From: Bacillota bacterium
GTDB lineage: Bacteria > Bacillota > Clostridia > Oscillospirales > Ruminococcaceae
DNA: 64,000 nucleotides
Reading direction: 5' to 3'
NCBI GenBank assembly: GCA_023412215.1
Contig: JAEYNX010000016.1
Span: 15,101 to 79,100, forward strand
Positions 19,016 through 29,995 of this stretch are shown here, in pieces. The notes under the pieces were generated by a model. That model saw nothing but the letters and a program-made list of their open reading frames with translations. It made no database searches and was not told where the DNA came from. How positions within the stretch are numbered: the first letter of the stretch is position 1; each line of letters opens with the position of its first letter. The position numbers and the translations under genes are program-made.

Positions 19016-20395
19016 CTATTCGGCATCTTTTGGTGTCTCTGTTTTCTTAGAAGCTCTCTTGGTCGTCTTTTTAGGCTGTGCCTCTGCGCCTTCCGCTGCG
19101 GGAGCCGCGTCGGCCTTTTCGGAGACAACGGCGCTGTTGCGCACCAGATCGATGGCCTTGGTAACCACTAAATCCTTCACAAGTTCCTGCACGGGGATGA
19201 TGGACTTTACCTGCTCGAGCTCAAGCTTGTAGTTTTCGGCAATCTTGGCAAGCTCGGCGTTGATTTCATCCTCGGTGGCTTCCAGCTTCTCTAAATCGGC
19301 AATCTTCTCGAGTGCCAGACGAATCTTTACCTGGCGCTGTGCCTGCTCGGCAAAGGTCTTTCTGAAGGTGGACAACTCGCTGCCGGTATATTGTAAATAG
19401 GTGTTCAGGTCCAGCCCCTGAGACTGCAGGCGATGCTCAAAGTCGTGCACCATCTCGTCGATGCGGCGCTCATACATAACCTCTGGGATTTCACCCTCCA
19501 TCGAACCAATGATCTGGTCGATGAGTGCGTTTTCAACATCCTCGTTTGCGTGAGTGTCCTTATGCTCCTGAACCTTGGCCTTGATATCGGCCTTTAAATC
19601 CGCCAATGTATCAAAATCGCTTACATCCTTGGCAAACTCATCGTCAAGCGCGGGCAGCTCGGTCTTGGATATCTCATGCAGCTTTACCTTAAATACGGCA
19701 GCCTTGCCCTTGAGGTCCTCCGCGTGGTATTCCTCCGGGAAGTTTACGTTAACATCGAATTCTTCACCGATTTTATGGCCGATAATCTGCTCTTCAAACC
19801 CGGGGATAAACTGGTTGGAGCCAAGCACCAGCGTATATTTTTCGCCTTTGCCGCCTGGGAAAGCGACCCCGTCGGTAAAGCCTTCAAAATCAATCACGGT
19901 AGAATCGCCGTTCTGAGCTGGTTGATCCTCCACGTTTATAATGCGGGCGTTTCTCTCCTGCATCCTTTTAAGCTCCGCATCCACTTCCTCGTCGGAAACG
20001 GTGGGGATAATCTTTTCGGCCTTTAAGCCCTTATATTCTTTTACCGTTACCTGTGGCTTCACAAAAACCGTGGCCTTGAAGGTAAAGCCGGTTTCGTCGA
20101 GCGTGGTAACCTCGATGTCTGCTTTGTCCACCGGCTCAATGCCCGCTTCTTTTACAGCGGCATCGTAGGCGGAGGGGTAAAGATCGTTAACGGCATCCTC
20201 CCAGAAAACGCCCTTGCCGTACATCTGCTCGATCATCTTTCTGGGGGCTTTGCCTTTGCGGAAACCGGGAACCTGTATTTTATTCGAGTTTTTCTGAAAC
20301 GCCTTCGCAACGGCATCCTCAAACTCGGTGCCGGTAACGGCGATTTCAAGCTCGTATTTGTTGGTTTCAATCTCTTTAGAGGCTTTTAACTGCAT
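19016..20395 (-). CDS. tig: Trigger factor
   Basis: PGFRKGKAP ribosome-binding motif, FIPGFEEQ FKBP domain. Confidence 0.97.
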   Translation of the reverse strand: MQLKASKEIETNKYELEIAVTGTEFEDAVAKAFQKNSNKIQVPGFRKGKAPRKMIEQMYGKGVFWEDAVNDLYPSAYDAAVKEAGIEPVDKADIEVTTLDETGFTFKATVFVKPQVTVKEYKGLKAEKIIPTVSDEEVDAELKRMQERNARIINVEDQPAQNGDSTVIDFEGFTDGVAFPGGKGEKYTLVLGSNQFIPGFEEQIIGHKIGEEFDVNVNFPEEYHAEDLKGKAAVFKVKLHEISKTELPALDDEFAKDVSDFDTLADLKADIKAKVQEHKDTHANEDVENALIDQIIGSMEGEIPEVMYERRIDEMVHDFEHRLQSQGLDLNTYLQYTGSELSTFRKTFAEQAQRQVKIRLALEKIADLEKLEATEDEINAELAKIAENYKLELEQVKSIIPVQELVKDLVVTKAIDLVRNSAVVSEKADAAPAAEGAEAQPKKTTKRASKKTETPKDAE

Positions 20396-20577
20396 AGTTA
20401 ACAATCCTTTCGTGGCTTCGGGCTGTTCATGAACGAATAAACCATGAATGCACCAATTTTACTTTATGTGGGTATATCGATATAGGGATAAATCTATCCG
20501 TACAATTATAGCACAATTAATATAATAAATCTACTATTTCTTCCTGCGTAAATGAGATTTAAAACGAAATCTGCGTA

Positions 20578-21264
20578 CTATAAAATCCTAAGCGGCGTAA
20601 ACCGCAGAAAATCGGCGGAGGTAAGGGTGTATTCCACCGCGTCTACCCTGCCCCTCACCGCGTAATGGCAGGCGTTCCCGTGTATGTGCCCATAATAACA
20701 TCTTGTTATGTTGTATTCGTGGAGAATCTGTAAAATTTCTTCACAGCGCTCCTTGCCTAAGATAGGCGGATAGTGCAGAAAGCAAAGGATCGGCAGACCG
20801 GTTTTAACACCCTCTTCCAGCGATAGGCGCAGCCTGCCCGCCTCGCGCAGAATCACTTTCCGGTCGGCGGGTTCGGTTCCGTCGTACACCCAGCCGCGGG
20901 TACCGCAAAGGCAGTATTCCTCCGCCGCAATGCAGTTATTATGAAGAACACGGATGCTGTTTATGCCGTTATCGCTGAAAAATGCGTTCATCTTGGCAAG
21001 GGTAGACCAAAAATAATCGTGATTACCCTTTAAGATGATCTTGTTGCCGGGCAGCGCTTCGATAAACCGAAAGTCTGTTAGCGAGTCTTCAAGGCTCATG
21101 CCCCACGAGATGTCGCCCGCGATCACTACCGTATCCTGTGTGGTTACCAGTGCTTCCCAACCTGCCTTAATGCGGCTTACATAGTTCTCCCACCCCGGAA
21201 AAACATCCATGGGCTTGTTGCCGTTTAGCGACAGATGCAGGTCGGATATTGCGTAAAGGGCCAC
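20578..21264 (-). CDS. Calcineurin-like metallophosphoesterase
   Basis: SDLH, GDISW, GNHD, HYPP, GHIH motifs. Confidence 0.88.
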   Translation of the reverse strand: MALYAISDLHLSLNGNKPMDVFPGWENYVSRIKAGWEALVTTQDTVVIAGDISWGMSLEDSLTDFRFIEALPGNKIILKGNHDYFWSTLAKMNAFFSDNGINSIRVLHNNCIAAEEYCLCGTRGWVYDGTEPADRKVILREAGRLRLSLEEGVKTGLPILCFLHYPPILGKERCEEILQILHEYNITRCYYGHIHGNACHYAVRGRVDAVEYTLTSADFLRFTPLRIL

Positions 21265-21323
21265 AATACACCTCCAAGTCAACCATCCGATTACCCGGTG
21301 GTTTGGCTTAAGCTTACAGAGCC

Positions 21324-22826
21324 TTAGGCCTTAATGCCAAGATAGTCGTATACAGCCTTCTGCATGGTTGTTTTATCACAAACGCCCGTAAAACGCACCG
21401 GCTTTTCGTCAAGGCCGCCCAAGGGCTTCGGCATAGCGGTTTTCGTCAGCTGAGCCAGCCTGTGCGAGAGGATAAATTCATCCTCTTCTCCGCTCTTACC
21501 TTCAATCGCCTCGGCAACGCTTTTGGGGAACTTGTAGGCGTTGGCGGTAGACGCGATAACCGACTTGGTGGTATCGCCCGTCGTCTTTACATACTCGCTG
21601 TATACCTTCACGGCAACGGCGGTATGTGTGTCGCACAGGTAGGAATATTTCTCAAACAGCTCTTTGATGGTGGCCTGTGTCATTGCATCGTCACAGCAGC
21701 CGCCCACAAACTGTTCCTTTAGCTTCGCAAGCATCTCCGGCTTAACGGTGTATCTCCCCTCTTTTGCAAGGGACGCCATACAGCCCGCGATGTATTGGTC
21801 GTCTTCACCCGAAAGGTCGTAAAGCAGACGTTCGAGGTTACTGGAGATTAAGATATCCATCGACGGGGAGATGGTGGCATAGAACTTGCGGTTGGTGTCG
21901 TAAACGCCGGTGTTGATAAAGTTGGTAAGTATATTGTTGGCATTGGAGGCGCAGATAAACTTCTTTACCGGCAACCCCATCTTTTTGGCATAGTAAGCGG
22001 CCAGGATATTGCCGAAATTGCCGGTGGGCACCACAACATTGATCTCGTCGCCAAGGGCAATCTCCTTATCGTTTACAAGGTCGCAGTAGGCGCTGACGTA
22101 GTAGATGATCTGCGGCAGCAGCCTGCCCCAGTTAATGGAGTTTGCACTCGAGAACACAAGGTTATGTTCCTCAAGCTCTATGGTGATATCAGGGTTTGTA
22201 AAGATCTCTTTAACGCCTCTCTGGCAATCGTCGAAGTTGCCTTTCACGGCGCACACAAAAACATTGCCGCCCTCCTGAGTGGTCATCTGCAGTTTCTGCA
22301 TGGCGCTTACGCCGTCCTGCGGGTAAAACACCATGATGCGGGTGCCCTCAACGTTCTTAAAGCCCTCTAGCGCCGCCTTGCCGGTGTCGCCGGAGGTTGC
22401 CACCAGAATGACAATCTCCTTGCCGTCGATCGTTTTCTTTGCCGAGACGGTGAGCAGGTGGGGCAGCAGCTGCAAGGCCATATCCTTAAAGGCGCAGGTG
22501 GGGCCGTGCCACAGCTCAAGCATATACAGCCCGGAATCCCCGATCTTGCTTAAAGGGGCGGGGATGCCGTTATCAAACTTATCGCCGCCGTAGGCACCGT
22601 TGGCACAGGCCTTGATTTCATCCAAGGTGAAATCGGTAAGATATTTAAGAAGGATGCTTTCCGCTCTCTCGATATAGCTCATGTCGCACAAGGCCTTGAT
22701 ATCATTTAAGGTGACAGGCGGTATTTCACCGGGTACAAACAGCCCGCCGTCCTTTGAAATGCCTTGTGCAATCGCCTGTGCGGAGGTTACCCCAAGCGAA
22801 GAATCTCTTGTGCTCTTGTAAACCAT
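21324..22826 (-). CDS. thrC: Threonine synthase
   Basis: HGPTCAFKD, ATSGDTG, NSINWGRL, VPTGNFGN. Confidence 0.96.
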   Translation of the reverse strand: MVYKSTRDSSLGVTSAQAIAQGISKDGGLFVPGEIPPVTLNDIKALCDMSYIERAESILLKYLTDFTLDEIKACANGAYGGDKFDNGIPAPLSKIGDSGLYMLELWHGPTCAFKDMALQLLPHLLTVSAKKTIDGKEIVILVATSGDTGKAALEGFKNVEGTRIMVFYPQDGVSAMQKLQMTTQEGGNVFVCAVKGNFDDCQRGVKEIFTNPDITIELEEHNLVFSSANSINWGRLLPQIIYYVSAYCDLVNDKEIALGDEINVVVPTGNFGNILAAYYAKKMGLPVKKFICASNANNILTNFINTGVYDTNRKFYATISPSMDILISSNLERLLYDLSGEDDQYIAGCMASLAKEGRYTVKPEMLAKLKEQFVGGCCDDAMTQATIKELFEKYSYLCDTHTAVAVKVYSEYVKTTGDTTKSVIASTANAYKFPKSVAEAIEGKSGEEDEFILSHRLAQLTKTAMPKPLGGLDEKPVRFTGVCDKTTMQKAVYDYLGIKA

Positions 22827-22874
22827 GTTCCGTTCAACCTTTCCTGTGCGTGTATATCGTAGGATTCAATTCGA

Positions 22875-23801
22875 TTAATCAAAATTTTTCATTGCAAAAT
22901 CATAGGCATTTTTAAACAATATCTTATTGGCAAGCTCCGAGCCGTAACCGCGCCTGAGCATCTCTTCGTAAAGCGCATCCACCAGCGAGATGTTCTTAAG
23001 CTGTGCGGGCGGTTCGGCACCGTCAAAGTCCGAGCCGATGCAAAGGGTGTTTTCGCCGCCCAGCTTTAAAAAGTGCTCGATGTGCTTGAAGATATCGTTT
23101 AGCCCCGCATTTTTGCTGTTACTTAAAAAGAGGGTGTAAAAATTGATGCCGACAATGCCCTCGGTCTGCTGTATCGCCTGAAACTGATCGTCGGTCAGGT
23201 TACGAGGATGGTTGCATACCGCGCGTGAATTAGAATGAGTGGCGATGATGGGCTTACAGGTAAGGTTGAGTATGTCGTAAAAGCCCTTATCCGCGATATG
23301 CGATACATCTATCGTAATGCCCACGCGGTTAAGCTCACGAACAGCGCTGCGTCCCGTCATAGAAAGCGAGTTGTTGTTGCTTACACCGCTGCCCAGCTCA
23401 TTCTGCCCGTTCCAAGTATAAGAGAATATCTTTACCCCGTCTTTTTTTAGCTCCTGTATCCTTGCTAGATCACCCGCAAGAATCGAACCGTTCTCCACGG
23501 TGAGAATGGCCGCACACTTGCCGTCCTTTACCGCCTCTGCGATATCGTCCTTCTGTTTGCAGAACACCATGCGATCACTGTTGAGCATCGACTGCTCGGT
23601 TAAGATGTCCACCTGCTTTTTGTAGTTCTGGTATGCGGCTTCGCCCTTTAAAAAGTCCGGCGTCCACACGGCAAAGCACTGGCACCAGGCTTCAAGCTTT
23701 TCCGCCTTCTGCAGGCTCACGGCGGTTTTACCATCCAGTAACGCCGTGCTGTTTTTTTGTATCTCCGAAAGGGTGTCACAATGCAGGTCGAAATAATTCA
23801 T
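22875..23801 (-). CDS. Membrane dipeptidase (peptidase M19)
   Basis: DLHCDT, TWN, DVSH, THSNSR...HPRNLTD, GSDFDG. Confidence 0.9.
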   Translation of the reverse strand: MNYFDLHCDTLSEIQKNSTALLDGKTAVSLQKAEKLEAWCQCFAVWTPDFLKGEAAYQNYKKQVDILTEQSMLNSDRMVFCKQKDDIAEAVKDGKCAAILTVENGSILAGDLARIQELKKDGVKIFSYTWNGQNELGSGVSNNNSLSMTGRSAVRELNRVGITIDVSHIADKGFYDILNLTCKPIIATHSNSRAVCNHPRNLTDDQFQAIQQTEGIVGINFYTLFLSNSKNAGLNDIFKHIEHFLKLGGENTLCIGSDFDGAEPPAQLKNISLVDALYEEMLRRGYGSELANKILFKNAYDFAMKNFD

Positions 23802-23882
23802 AATCTGCCCCCATCTATTGCGACGCACAGGCTGCACCGAAATCCGGCGCAGGAACATGCACCGCAGAATTTTTACGTATCG

Positions 23883-24248
23883 TTACAAAACCGGGTCAAA
23901 AGCATTCTCAATATGGTTACAGGAGAGAACCGAAAAGCTGCTCTGCTTCGCCGTTATGATCTCTATGACATCAAAGCGGGGCTGTAAGTCGGACGGAAAC
24001 TCCTGCAGGTAACACCATGCGGTTTTGGTGATCCTCTTCATCTTTGCGGTGTCTACCGCCTCACAGGGCGCATAATCGCAGTGCTCACTGCGGGTTTTTA
24101 CCTCAATAAAGGCGATATACTCACCCTGCAACGCAATAATATCCACCTCGCCGTAGCGCGAGTGATAGTTTTGCGCAAGGATTTTGTAGCCTTTATGTAC
24201 AAGGTACTCTGCCGCGTAGCGCTCGCCCTTATTACCTGTCTCACGCAT
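23883..24248 (-). CDS. YraN/UPF0102 family nuclease-like protein
   Basis: GE..A..YL, GEVDII, FIEVKTR, RFDVI, HIENAF. Confidence 0.92.
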   Translation of the reverse strand: MRETGNKGERYAAEYLVHKGYKILAQNYHSRYGEVDIIALQGEYIAFIEVKTRSEHCDYAPCEAVDTAKMKRITKTAWCYLQEFPSDLQPRFDVIEIITAKQSSFSVLSCNHIENAFDPVL

Positions 24249-24855
24249 GGGTTTTCTCCGAAAGGTTCTTTAAAAAACTCTTGCGGTGTATGGGTGAAAC
24301 ACCGTACTGCAGCAGCTTTTCGTAATGCAGGGCTGTAGGGTAACCCTTATGCTGACCAAAACAGTACTGCGGGTATTGCTTATCCAGTTCATATAAAAGC
24401 CGGTCTCTCGAAACCTTTGCCAGTATCGACGCCGCGGCGATAGCCGCCGATTTGGCGTCACCCTTTACCACGCATTCCGCCGCACCCTCAAGCGGCGGCA
24501 GGCGGTTGCCGTCAACCAGAATATAGTCGGGCGTTATCGATAAGCTATCGACCGCTCTGCGCATCGCCAGAAAAGTGGCCTGCAGGATATTGTATTCATC
24601 AATCTCGGCCTCGGTGGCATAGGCGATGCCATAAGCCTCGGCTCTGCCCATAATCTCGTCATATAAAAGCTCTCGCTTTGCCTCGGACAGCTTCTTGGAG
24701 TCGTTAAGGCCTTCTATGACTACCCCGCGCGGAAAGATAACCGCCGCGGCGAACACCGGCCCCGCGAGCGGGCCGCGGCCTGCTTCGTCCACGCCGCAAA
24801 GCCGCTTCATACCATTTAAGCAGTAGTATTCGTCAAACTCAAATAAGGCGCTCAT
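24241..24855 (-). CDS. rnhB: Ribonuclease HII
   Basis: [22 protein letters not shown]...[10 protein letters not shown]. Confidence 0.97.
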   Translation of the reverse strand: MSALFEFDEYYCLNGMKRLCGVDEAGRGPLAGPVFAAAVIFPRGVVIEGLNDSKKLSEAKRELLYDEIMGRAEAYGIAYATEAEIDEYNILQATFLAMRRAVDSLSITPDYILVDGNRLPPLEGAAECVVKGDAKSAAIAAASILAKVSRDRLLYELDKQYPQYCFGQHKGYPTALHYEKLLQYGVSPIHRKSFLKNLSEKTHA

Positions 24856-25733
24856 TGCTTTTTCCCTTCTGTCTGAGGCGGGCGTTCCAAGGTAATACGG
24901 CCGATCTTGCCGCTGCGGAACTCATCCAAAACGGTAATGGCGGCGCGCTCGGTATTGACGGCACCACCCGAAATGAGCATTCCGCGCTTCTTGCCCACAA
25001 GCTCCAACAGGGCGGCATCGTCTAACCCCTGTGTATCCCCTATCTTATAGCGCGCGTCCAGCAGGGTATAAAAATCACGGTTTAAACGCCCGAGCAGGCG
25101 CATGGCAAGGTGCTCGATGTCCAGCACGTCGTCTTTAACTGCCCCCGTGAAGGCGAGGTATTCCCCCACCTGCTTATCGTCAAACTTCGGCCACAATACG
25201 CCCGGCATATCCAACAGTTCAATACCTCCGTCAAGGCTTACCCATTGCCTGCCGCGTGTAACGCCGGGGCGGTCCTCCACCTTTGCGCGCTTAGAGCCTG
25301 CAAGCCGATTGATAAAGGAGGACTTACCCACGTTGGGGATACCCACAATCATCATGCGAATGGGCTTGCCCACCATGCCTTTTCTTTCGCGGCGCTGCAA
25401 TTCCTCATGCAGAACATCCTTCACGAGCGGCAGAAATGCCTTTAAGCCGCTGCCATTTCGGCAGTCGGCTGCGAGTGCGGGGACGCCCCGCGACGCAAAG
25501 TAGGCGCACCACTGGCGGGTAAGGTTACCATCCGCCATATCGCTTTTGTTCAGAAGTATCATGCGCGGCTTGCCCGCGGTAAGTTTGTCTATCTCTGGGT
25601 TTCTGCTGCTTGCCGGTATTCTCGCGTCTATCAGCTCTACGACAATATCCACAAGCGACAGGCTTTGCTGCATGAGCCTTCTGGTTTTGGCCATGTGCCC
25701 CGGAAACCATTGTATGGATGGTGTTTCGGTCAT
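24852..25733 (-). CDS. ylqF: Ribosome biogenesis GTPase RbgA/YlqF
   Basis: [29 protein letters not shown]. Confidence 0.96.
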   Translation of the reverse strand: MTETPSIQWFPGHMAKTRRLMQQSLSLVDIVVELIDARIPASSRNPEIDKLTAGKPRMILLNKSDMADGNLTRQWCAYFASRGVPALAADCRNGSGLKAFLPLVKDVLHEELQRRERKGMVGKPIRMMIVGIPNVGKSSFINRLAGSKRAKVEDRPGVTRGRQWVSLDGGIELLDMPGVLWPKFDDKQVGEYLAFTGAVKDDVLDIEHLAMRLLGRLNRDFYTLLDARYKIGDTQGLDDAALLELVGKKRGMLISGGAVNTERAAITVLDEFRSGKIGRITLERPPQTEGKKQ

Positions 25734-25755
25734 GCTTGCTCACCAAATTTCTGTA

Positions 25756-26322
25756 TCATTGCAGGGCTCCAAACCTGCCAAACGGGAGTATTCTAAAGAA
25801 GGTCCTGCCGAAGATGTACCTTGTATCGATCATACCGATTTCCTTGTAGCGGCTGTCAAGGGAGACATCCCGGTTATCACCCATTACAAACACATGCCCT
25901 TTTGGCACGGTCACCGGAAAATCGATATCCCCTTTTACGGTTGTGCTGGTTTTAATGTAGCCTTCCTTAAGCAGTGCACCGTCGACATAGACCTCGCCTT
26001 TTTCAAAATCAATGTTAACGGTTTGGCCTTCAGTGGCAATAACCCTTTTCACAAGCGGTACGCTCAGGTTTTCAGGCTGCGTGATGGCGACGATATCACC
26101 GTACTTCGGTGTAAAGTAGTTGAGGGTAATAAGCCTTTCACCGTTGAGGAGCGTATTTTCCATCGACGGCCCCTTTACCCCAACCACCCTGAAGGCGAAG
26201 GTAAAAAGTATAACCACAAAAACAAAGCACCAGATAAGCGTTTCAGCCCACTCGTAAACCGTCTTTACCGCGCTGATCTTCTCATCCTGGCCCTCAATCA
26301 TTACTTCCTCTGTTGTGTCCAT
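25756..26322 (-). CDS. lepB: Signal peptidase I (paralog 2)
   Basis: V.GPSM..TL, VKRVIA, GDNR..S.DSR. Confidence 0.93.
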   Translation of the reverse strand: MDTTEEVMIEGQDEKISAVKTVYEWAETLIWCFVFVVILFTFAFRVVGVKGPSMENTLLNGERLITLNYFTPKYGDIVAITQPENLSVPLVKRVIATEGQTVNIDFEKGEVYVDGALLKEGYIKTSTTVKGDIDFPVTVPKGHVFVMGDNRDVSLDSRYKEIGMIDTRYIFGRTFFRILPFGRFGALQ

Positions 26323-26400
26323 ACTTTTATGCTTCTTTCATTTGCATTTTATGACGAACCAATTAGAATTTAATCTGCTGTTTTTTACCTTGTAACGAGA

Positions 26401-26976
26401 CTAAAAGGCCCCAATGCGGTTCAGCGGGAATATGCGAAGCAGCACCCTGCCGAAGATATAGCGGGTATCCACCATACCAACCTCTGAAAACCGGCTGTCT
26501 GTGGAATGGTTGCGGTTATCCCCCATTACAAATACACAGCCCTTAGGTACAGTAGCAGGAAAGGATACGTCCCCTTTTACGGAGGTAGGCTCCTTAATAT
26601 AATTTTCGCTAAGCTGCTTGCCATCCACCGTAACGGCTCCACTTGTAAAATCAATATTCACGGTTTGCCCCTCGGTGGCAATAACCCTCTTGACCAACGG
26701 CCTATTTAATTCGTCCGGCTGCGTGATAGCGACGATGTCACCATATCGCGGCGTAAACCAGTCGACGGCGATAAGTTTTTCCGTATCATGCAGGGTATCA
26801 TCCATGGAGTGACCGTTCACCCCGACTACCCTGAAAGCAAACGTGAAGAGAATAACAACAAACAGGAAACACCATAGAACCGTTTCGAACCATTCGTACA
26901 CCGATTTAAACAGTTTATTATCCGTACTGCTCGTAGCCGGTATCCGCTTTTGTTCTTTATAGGCTTGTAACTGCAT
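26401..26976 (-). CDS. lepB: Signal peptidase I (paralog 1)
   Basis: V.GHSM..TL, VKRVIA, GDNRNHSTDSR; start inferred from GAGG RBS. Confidence 0.92.
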   Translation of the reverse strand: MQLQAYKEQKRIPATSSTDNKLFKSVYEWFETVLWCFLFVVILFTFAFRVVGVNGHSMDDTLHDTEKLIAVDWFTPRYGDIVAITQPDELNRPLVKRVIATEGQTVNIDFTSGAVTVDGKQLSENYIKEPTSVKGDVSFPATVPKGCVFVMGDNRNHSTDSRFSEVGMVDTRYIFGRVLLRIFPLNRIGAF

Positions 26977-27030
26977 ACACATAGCCTCGGTTTTGCATGT
27001 TTTAGGCCCGCAAAATTTCGGGGGCAATAG

Positions 27031-27058
27031 CAAAAAAGGGACACTTAAGTCCCTTTTT
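27031..27058 (-). terminator. Terminator after rplS
   Basis: AAAAAGGGAC / GTCCCTTTTT. Confidence 0.75.
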
Positions 27059-27063
27059 AATCG

Positions 27064-27408
27064 TTATTGAATCTGTTGCTTAACCTTAGCGGCCTTACCA
27101 ACCTTACCACGCAGGTAGTAGAGCTTCGCTCTGCGAACCTTGGCACGTCTGATTACTTCAACCTTGTCTACATTCGGGGAGTGAATGGGGAACACTCTCT
27201 CCACGCCAACGCCGTAGGAAACGCGGCGCACGGTAAAGGTCTCGGCGATGCCGCCATGCTTGCGTGCAATGACAGTTCCTTCAAAGGCCTGAATTCTGTG
27301 CCTGTCGCCTTCCTTAATCTTTACGTGAACTCGAACGGTATCACCGATGTTAATCTCGGGCATCTCGCTCTTCAGCTGCTCTGCGGCAAACTGCTTAAGG
27401 GCATCCAT
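27064..27408 (-). CDS. rplS: 50S ribosomal protein L19
   Basis: [32 protein letters not shown]. Confidence 0.98.
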   Translation of the reverse strand: MDALKQFAAEQLKSEMPEINIGDTVRVHVKIKEGDRHRIQAFEGTVIARKHGGIAETFTVRRVSYGVGVERVFPIHSPNVDKVEVIRRAKVRRAKLYYLRGKVGKAAKVKQQIQ

Positions 27409-27432
27409 AGGTAAATCCTCCTTAAAATATCA

Positions 27433-27473
27433 GACATTCATACCCGCTATAAAAACAGCGGCAGAGGACTGTC
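27433..27473 (-). promoter_or_regulatory. L19 ribosomal protein leader (autoregulatory RNA)
   Basis: GACAGTCCTCTG-hairpin-TATGAATGTC just upstream of the rplS RBS; resembles Firmicute L19 leader. Confidence 0.65.
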
Positions 27474-27614
27474 AGCTTTAATGTCACAGCTGTTTAAGCC
27501 GGGCATCAAACCCCACCGGACACACCTGCCCGGAGGAACACTAAATGCCTATATATATTAACATGATTTTGTGGTAATTGCAAGAGTTCAGTTCAAAATA
27601 TTACTAGGATTTTG

Positions 27615-29285
27615 TCAGTTTCCCGCCAGCTTGAGCATCTCATCGGCGTTGGAAAGCATCAGCTCCGTAATGGCCTCCCCGCCCATGATGCGCGCGAGCT
27701 CTCGCTTGCGCTGTTCACGGGTAAGAGTATGTACCTCGGTGAAGGTTTTGCCATCGCGCACCTTCTTTTCAATAAGTAAGTGACTATTGCCAAGCGCCGC
27801 AATCTGCGCAAGGTGCGTAACACAGATAACCTGCCTGCCGCCCGCGATCTCACGCAGCTTAAGCCCGATCTTCTGGGCAGCCCTTCCGCTGACGCCGGTA
27901 TCTATCTCGTCAAATATCATCGTATCCACATCGTCTTTACCGGCCAGTACGGTTTTGATGGCGAGCATAATACGCGAAAGCTCGCCGCCTGAGGCGATTT
28001 TGGAAAGGGGTTTCGGCGGCTCGCCGGGGTTGGTGGAGATGCGAAACTCAATGTTGTCCACACCGCTAGCGCGCAACTCACCGGGGGTATTTGCAATCAC
28101 CAGTTGTACATTCGGCATATCCAAAAACTCAAGCTCCAGCTTAACGCGTCTTGTAAACTCCGCCGCCGCTTCGTTGCGTTTTTGTGAAAGCAGTTTTGCG
28201 GCACTACGGGCCTGCTCATGAAGTTCCACGCGCTGCGCGGTCAGCTTATTCAGGAGTTCGTCGGAAAGCTCGATCTCCTCCAGCTCCTTCTTTGCAGCGG
28301 CCAGATACTGCAGTATCTTATCCACATCGCTGCCATACTTCTTTTTAAGCTTATAAATGGCATCAAGCCGATATTCTATCTTATCCAGCAAACGCGGGTC
28401 AAATTCAAAATCATCCAGTATACCGCGAACATCGTTTGCGAGCTCCTCAAGCTCGATCGATACTGAGTTGATGCGTTCCGACATCTCAGAAACATCCTCG
28501 AAATAGGGTGCAATCTCGGCTAGTGCCTGAGCGGCATCGGCAACAAGGCTGCAGCCGCCTGCCGTGTCATCCCCAGCGGAAAGACTGCTATAAGCGGCAT
28601 TCAGCCCGTCTAAAATCTTGGAGGCGTTTTTTATGCGCTTGCGTTTGGCAAGCAGGTCGTCCTCTTCCCCCGGCTTTAAGGCAGCCTCTTCTATCTCATT
28701 AATCTGGTACTGCAGCAAATCTACTCTTCGCGCCTTTTCCGCTTCATCGGTAGATATCTTGCCAAGGCGGGCCTCCACCTCTTTAAGCCGGGTATACCAC
28801 TGGGTGTAACGGTTATAGTCCGGCGCAAGATCGCCAAAACTATCCACAAACTTCATATGCTTATCTGTACCAAGCAATGACTGGTTATCGTGCTGGCCGT
28901 GAATATTGATAAGATAAGGCCCAAGCTCGCGGAGCATCGCCACCGTGGCCGGCCTGCCGCTGATACGGCAGTTCGCCCTGCCGTCGGCTGTAAGCTCACG
29001 CGAGATCAGCACCGTACCGCCCTCGTCCGGCTCGTAACCCAGCTCCTGCAGCTTTTGCACCGCCTCGGCAGATACATCTGAAAACAGCGCCGTCACATTG
29101 GCTTTGGCCGCACCCGTGCGGATTAAATCCTTCGAAGTGCGTTCCCCCAGCACCGCGTTAATCGAGTCGATTAAAATAGACTTGCCGGCGCCGGTTTCAC
29201 CCGTAAAGATATTAAAGCCCTTCCCCAGTACAATGGAGGCTTGTTCGATGATTGCGATATTATCGATATATAATTCTGAAAGCAC
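27615..29285 (-). CDS. recN: DNA repair protein RecN
   Basis: TGETGAGKS, IHGQHD, ASGGELSR, FDEIDTG, THLAQIA. Confidence 0.96.
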   Translation of the reverse strand: MLSELYIDNIAIIEQASIVLGKGFNIFTGETGAGKSILIDSINAVLGERTSKDLIRTGAAKANVTALFSDVSAEAVQKLQELGYEPDEGGTVLISRELTADGRANCRISGRPATVAMLRELGPYLINIHGQHDNQSLLGTDKHMKFVDSFGDLAPDYNRYTQWYTRLKEVEARLGKISTDEAEKARRVDLLQYQINEIEEAALKPGEEDDLLAKRKRIKNASKILDGLNAAYSSLSAGDDTAGGCSLVADAAQALAEIAPYFEDVSEMSERINSVSIELEELANDVRGILDDFEFDPRLLDKIEYRLDAIYKLKKKYGSDVDKILQYLAAAKKELEEIELSDELLNKLTAQRVELHEQARSAAKLLSQKRNEAAAEFTRRVKLELEFLDMPNVQLVIANTPGELRASGVDNIEFRISTNPGEPPKPLSKIASGGELSRIMLAIKTVLAGKDDVDTMIFDEIDTGVSGRAAQKIGLKLREIAGGRQVICVTHLAQIAALGNSHLLIEKKVRDGKTFTEVHTLTREQRKRELARIMGGEAITELMLSNADEMLKLAGN

Positions 29286-29336
29286 CTTCAAAATCACCTG
29301 CCATAGCCATATCGGTTGTGCAATGTCACGGATAAT

Positions 29337-29795
29337 CTATGCCTGCTCCATCAGCTTTACAAGGTCGCGCATCAAAAGCACCGAGGTCTCCTCGGAACGG
29401 GTCAGAATGTAGATGGTGTCGTCGCCCGCAAGGGTGCCGACTACCCCTTTCCAGTTCAGTGAATCAAAGGCCGCGCAGGCCGCGTTAGCCATGCCGGTAT
29501 AACACTTTACACAGACAATGTTACCGGAATAATCAATGTTAATCACCGACTTGACAAAAAGGGTGTGAAAGTTGTAGCTGGTCTCTCCATCCTTTTCCCG
29601 AAGGTTGGAGGCGTATTTATAATTGCCGTCCTCCCCAAGGGTTTTGATGAGCTTTAGCTCCTTAATATCACGCGACACCGTTGCCTGCGTGACGTTGTAG
29701 CCGCTCTCGCGCAGGCGGCCGAGCAAGTCCTCCTGCGTATTGATGATATTTTCTGAAATGAGCTCCAGAATCTTTGCGTGTCGCTTTGTTTTCAT
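29337..29795 (-). CDS. argR: Arginine repressor
   Basis: TQEDL, VTQATVSRDIKEL, GTLAGDDT. Confidence 0.96.
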   Translation of the reverse strand: MKTKRHAKILELISENIINTQEDLLGRLRESGYNVTQATVSRDIKELKLIKTLGEDGNYKYASNLREKDGETSYNFHTLFVKSVINIDYSGNIVCVKCYTGMANAACAAFDSLNWKGVVGTLAGDDTIYILTRSEETSVLLMRDLVKLMEQA

Positions 29796-29885
29796 CTCAA
29801 TCATCCGTTCCGCCGCTGTGCGAAGCAAGAAGTGGTGATGGTTTACGGCCTTGCCATGCACAGCAGGAACAATGGCAAGGATAAA

Positions 29886-29909
29886 TACTAATTCCAATAA
29901 GAAATAGTA
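29886..29909 (+). repeat. Possible degenerate ends-only copy F of the MITE-like family
   Basis: TACTAATTCCAATAAGAAATAGTA resembles the reverse of copy E; no flanking duplication. Confidence 0.35.
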
Positions 29910-29995
29910 CGTAAAAATTCTTCACAAAAGGCATAAATGGGGCGTTTTGCTCGAATTTTTCTATATTTCATTTCTAATCGAAATCAGTATAAGAA

